64,000 nucleotides of DNA from the NCBI GenBank assembly GCA_965153355.1, contig OZ231126.1, positions 11,656,001-11,720,000 of the forward strand, given 5' to 3'. Source of the DNA: Flaccisagitta enflata. Taxonomy: Eukaryota. A model generated the notes under the pieces. That model did no database searches, was not told the DNA's origin, and saw only the letters and a list, made by a program, of their open reading frames with translations. Made by a program: the position numbers and the translations under genes. Position 1 is the stretch's first letter; every line of letters begins with the position of its first letter. Positions 60,002-64,000 of this stretch are shown here, piece by piece.

Positions 60002-60123
60002 TTAGGTGCGACAAAGCACCTCTATAACTAGTTGTGTCCGTCGGTCGGTTGGTTGGTTGGTCGGGTAACGCATTCCTTCGACGATCCACACGTCGCACCT
60101 TATTGGCCTACTTGACCTTGTTT
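60002..60123 (+). mobile_element. Minimal HINE-like element, aggtgcgac subfamily (second copy ~61705-61826)
   Basis: tt-aggtgcgac-aaagcacct-cta, (GGTT)n, gtcgcacct (9-bp perfect inverse), tattggcctacttgaccttgttt. Confidence 0.7.
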
Positions 60124-60221
60124 TTCGGAGGAAAGAAAAAGCAGAAAACGCAAAAAAGCACTCGTAGCAAGGCCGGATACACGGATGCCTAAAGAGGTGT
60201 GATTGCACCTTGGATTTTTTT

Positions 60222-60412
60222 AGTCGGTCGGTCCGTCCGTCGGTCCGTCGGTCCGTCCGTCCGTCGGTCCGTCCGTCCGTCCGTCACACTTTACTTTTTT
60301 TGGGTTTTTGCGGTTTTTGGCCTCACTGCTCCTGCCCAAATGATGGAGTGACATCAATTATGGCCCCTGCCCACCCGCACGCGACTGGGGTAGCCGTGTA
60401 TCCGGCCTTGTT
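60222..60412 (+). mobile_element. HINE-like copy present in duplicate unit 1 and absent from unit 2
   Basis: Filled site: gga-T7-agtcggtcgg...gtatccggccttg-tt-cctttt. Empty site (61915-61930): gga-T7-cctttt. Confidence 0.85.
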
Positions 60413-63400
60413 CCTTTTCATTATTGCTCTCAAATGAACCACTGTCCGATTTCCAAATCTAGTTGAAGCCATCTCTAGGATGAGTTTGAAGTTCCCGTCG
60501 ATGTCACAGATGTTGCAAAATTGAGCAATTTTTTATTTTCCTCATTATTTATCGTAAAAGTGGTGTAATACTTCATTCAGACAAATTTTGCATATTAGCA
60601 AGCTCAATTACCATTAGATTCTCATCTGTAAAAAAGCACTGTATGTTTTTTCTATAATTCATGATTTTATTAGGAAATCTTACATTCAAATGACTTAGAT
60701 ATTAAATTACTGATATTAATGAAAAAGTTTCCTGATGATTGCAGATCTCGTATCTTTAACTAGACCTGAACTTTAGCGACACAATTTTGATCAATAAAAA
60801 AAAGTACAAAAATTTCAATCAATCCAAACGTACAGTGTTTTTGTTCAGATGTATAGAAACTGCACTGAAAGATCATTTTCTATGGTTACCCATTTGAAAC
60901 TTCAATATGACCCTAAAGATTTGAAATTTGTACTGCGGCTCATTGATAGAATTTTTGAAAAATAAATTCAGTGAACTAGGTTGCAAAGTGTCATGTCTTC
61001 CATTTAGGCATTATGACCAGCGCTTTGATTTCCCGGTTGATATTGTGGTCCCTCTGGCATTTTGCTCATCTGAACTCCCACGCAGACACTCGATTGAACC
61101 GAAATGAAAACGTTATTGAGAACCGCCTTTTTCCTAAAGAGTTTCACTCATCCTCATCCTCATCCATTTAAAGAGATATTTTCATTAATAACAAAATGTT
61201 TGATAAAAAAGATGTTCTGTTCGTTTTTTTAATGTTTTAATGATCGGATTAGTCTTCTTTAAAGTCACACACAAAAATCAGATTGAAGTTGAGACACGAT
61301 TCAAGATTCGCCCGGCCAACTATAAGAATTATGACAGCGTGCCAACGGGTCCGCAACTGGTGGCCGTGTATCTGGCCTTGTTTCCCTTCTTTCTTTCTTA
61401 ATTTCTTTCTTTCTTTCTGGGGTTCGAGTGAAAATAATCACACATATGAATATGATGTCCTGTCATCTGTTTTGATCATTTTCTCATTTTTGTCTGTCCG
61501 TCCGTCCGTCCGTCCGTCCGTCTGTCCGTCCGTCTGTCCGTCCGTCCGAAATATTCTTGAATCGCGAGCAGTTTTGGCATTACTGCCCCAGCCCAACCGT
61601 CTGCAACTGTCTTGTCGTGTATCCGGCCTTGTTCTTCACGAGCGACACGGATGAATGGCCACTATTCCGCGGCCAAGAACCAAACTTGACTTTGTTTCTG
61701 TTTGTTAGGTGCGACAAAGCATCTCTATAACTAGTTGTGTCCGTCGGTCGGTTGGTTGGTTGGTCAGGTAACGCATTCCTTCGACGATCCACACGTCGCA
61801 CCTTATTGGCCTACTTGACCTTGTTTTTCGGAGGAAAGAAAAAGCAGAAAACGCAAAAAAGCACTCGTAGCAAGGCCGGATACACGGATGCCTAAAGAGG
61901 TGTGATTGCACCTTGGATTTTTTTCCTTTTCATTATTGCTCTCAAATGAACCACTGTCCGATTTCCAAATCTAGTTGAAGCCATCTCTAGGATGAGTTTG
62001 AAGTTCCCGTCGATGTCACAGATGTTGCAAAATTGAGCAATTTTTTATTTTCCTCATTATTTATCGTAAAAGTGGTGTAATACTTCATTCAGACAAATTT
62101 TGCATATTAGCAAGCTCAATTACCATTAGACGTAGATTCTCATCTGTAAAAAAGCACTGTATGTTTTTTCTATAATTCATGATTTTATTAGGAAATCTTA
62201 TATTCAAATGACTTAGATATTAAATTACTGATATTAATGAAAAAGTTTCCTGATGATTGCAGATCTTGTATCTTTAACTAGACCTGAACTTTAGCGACAC
62301 AATTTTGATCAATAAAAAAAAGTACAAAAATTTCAATCAATCCAAACGTACAGTGTTTTTGTTCAGATGTATAGAAACTGCACTGAAAGATCATTTTCAA
62401 TGGTTACCCATTTGAAACTTCAATATGACCCTAAAGATTTGAAATTTGTACTGCGGCTCATTGATAGAATTTTTGAAAAATAAATTCAGTGAACTAGGTT
62501 GCAAAGTGTCATGTCTTCCATTTAGGCATCATGACCAGCGCTTTGATTTCCCGGTTTATATTGTGGTCCCTCTGGCATTTTGCTCATCTGAACTCCCACG
62601 CAGACACTCGATTGAACCGAAATGAAAACGTTATTCAGAACCGCCTTTTTCCTAAAGAGTTTCACTCATCCTCATCCTCATCCATTTAAAGAGATATTTT
62701 CATTAATAACAAAATGTTTGATAAAAAAGATGTTCCGTTCATTTTTTTAATGTTTTAATGATCGGATTAGTCTTCTTTAAAGTCACACACAAAAATCAGA
62801 TTGAAGTTGAGACACGATTCGAGATTCGCCCGGCCAACTATAAGAATTATGACAGCGTGCCCACGAAGCCAACATTTAGGGTATCAAAATGGGTCAAAAT
62901 AGAAAACATGCATGAGTGAAAATTAAAAAAAAAGTGAATAAAAGTGATTGAGATAAGACATACATGATATTTGAAAGCAAAATTTGCATCCATTCAGCAA
63001 GAGATTCAGATTCAGCTTATTTCATTAAAGAAGATTTTCTGAAAATTTCTACATATTTCTTTTTTGTCACTGACAAGTGGTTGGTCGAAATTATAAGTTT
63101 GCATAGAAAATGAAAAAAATGAAAAACCAAAAGCATAGTTCTCTTCCTAAATCGCTTTTAAAGAGAACTATATCTTTGAAAATGCAAAATTTTTCTGGGT
63201 TTGGCTTTCTTATAATTTCGACCTCAGAAAAAAAAAAAGATGTCAACAAAATTTCACTAAAAATCTTTATTTTCTTGTCATTTTCTATGAGAGTTGCGTA
63301 TGCAAAAGGCAACTTCAAGCGTAAAATATAAAACAGACATACATAACAGGTGTATCCAGTGACAACTTTAGCGTTAAAAACATTTGTGGATGGATAATTA

Positions 63401-63664
63401 GTCCATTATTGATGCATAAGTGGGGTGTAGCACTTTATTTTTCCCTGGCAGATTTGACGTCATATGTAACACTTTGTGTGTTTCGGTTTTACAAGGTGTG
63501 AACATATTTCTTACAGTAAGCCCGGCGAATCTCGAATTGTGCCTTGAACAAGTGCTCTTGAGCAGACGTGTTTACGCGTGTGTCCGAGTGCGCGAAGTCC
63601 GTGAGTGCGCGTGCGAATGCGAGCACGACGAGAACTAACTCCTCAAGCCAAGAGAATGAGGAGC

Positions 63665-63975
63665 TTTTTAGTCGAGTGCACGCGACTACACCTTGCCGTG
63701 TTGGTTGGTCGGTCTGTCCGTTGGTCCATCACGTAATATTTTTAGAATTTTGATTTTTCAAGGTAATTCAAGGTAGTTGAGGGTATTTTAGGGTACTAAA
63801 GGATATTTTTTGTACTATGGTACTTTAGGGTACCTAAAATACTGTAGGTACTTAAGGTGCTTCAGGGTACATTAGGGTACTTTAGGGATCTTTTGGGTAT
63901 TTTCAGGAATTTTGGGTATTTACGGATATTTTCAGGTGTATTTGGATAAATTTTTGGGTACTTTAAGGCATTTGA
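63665..63975 (+). mobile_element. 5' part of a HINE-like element with ~10-bp ggtactttag core repeats
   Basis: ttttt-agtcgagtgcacgcgact hairpin, (GGTT/GGTC)n, then tandem ggtac/ggtat repeats. The 3' end is not seen. Confidence 0.5.
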
Positions 63976-64000
63976 CCAATAAGGTGCGACGTGTGGATCG

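Larger units (their letters stand above)
59635..62865 (+). repeat. Tandem duplication (unit 1 59635-61339, unit 2 61340-62857)
   Basis: Near-identical sequence and ORF pairs (59877/61580, 60002/61705). tgcccacg lies at both outer ends and tgccaacg at the junction. Confidence 0.95.

Overview
Repeat-rich animal (probably invertebrate) genomic DNA with many short GT-AG exons. No prokaryotic genes, CRISPR arrays, rRNA or tRNA are recognisable. Most of the window is fold-back structure. (1) A ~33.5 kb palindrome (left arm ~25725-42062, 148-bp spacer, right arm 42211-~59201) whose centre cuts an ABCC4/MRP4-like ABC transporter gene after exon 11. This leaves two convergent, 3'-truncated copies, one with a nonsense codon. 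Each arm also carries the last exons of an unidentified coiled-coil/poly-Q gene. (2) A second palindrome (~7876-14911 / ~15173-24000) with a badly garbled left arm. It contains a truncated Gag-like ORF, hairpin-bearing 181-bp repeats and an AT-rich satellite built on a palindromic core. (3) A third copy of part of the large arm at 1-2570, which switches abruptly into a ~5.2 kb array of an 89-bp unit. Throughout the window is a family of short non-autonomous elements with Helentron/DINE-1-like (HINE) architecture whose subterminal inverted repeats co-vary between subfamilies. The 89-bp array is built from this element's 3' terminus, and a filled/empty site pair shows insertion into a T-run. Several TIR MITEs and many microsatellites are also present; most ORFs in the supplied track are microsatellite or repeat read-throughs. 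Fold-back chimeras in the assembly are a serious alternative explanation for both palindromes and cannot be excluded from sequence alone.
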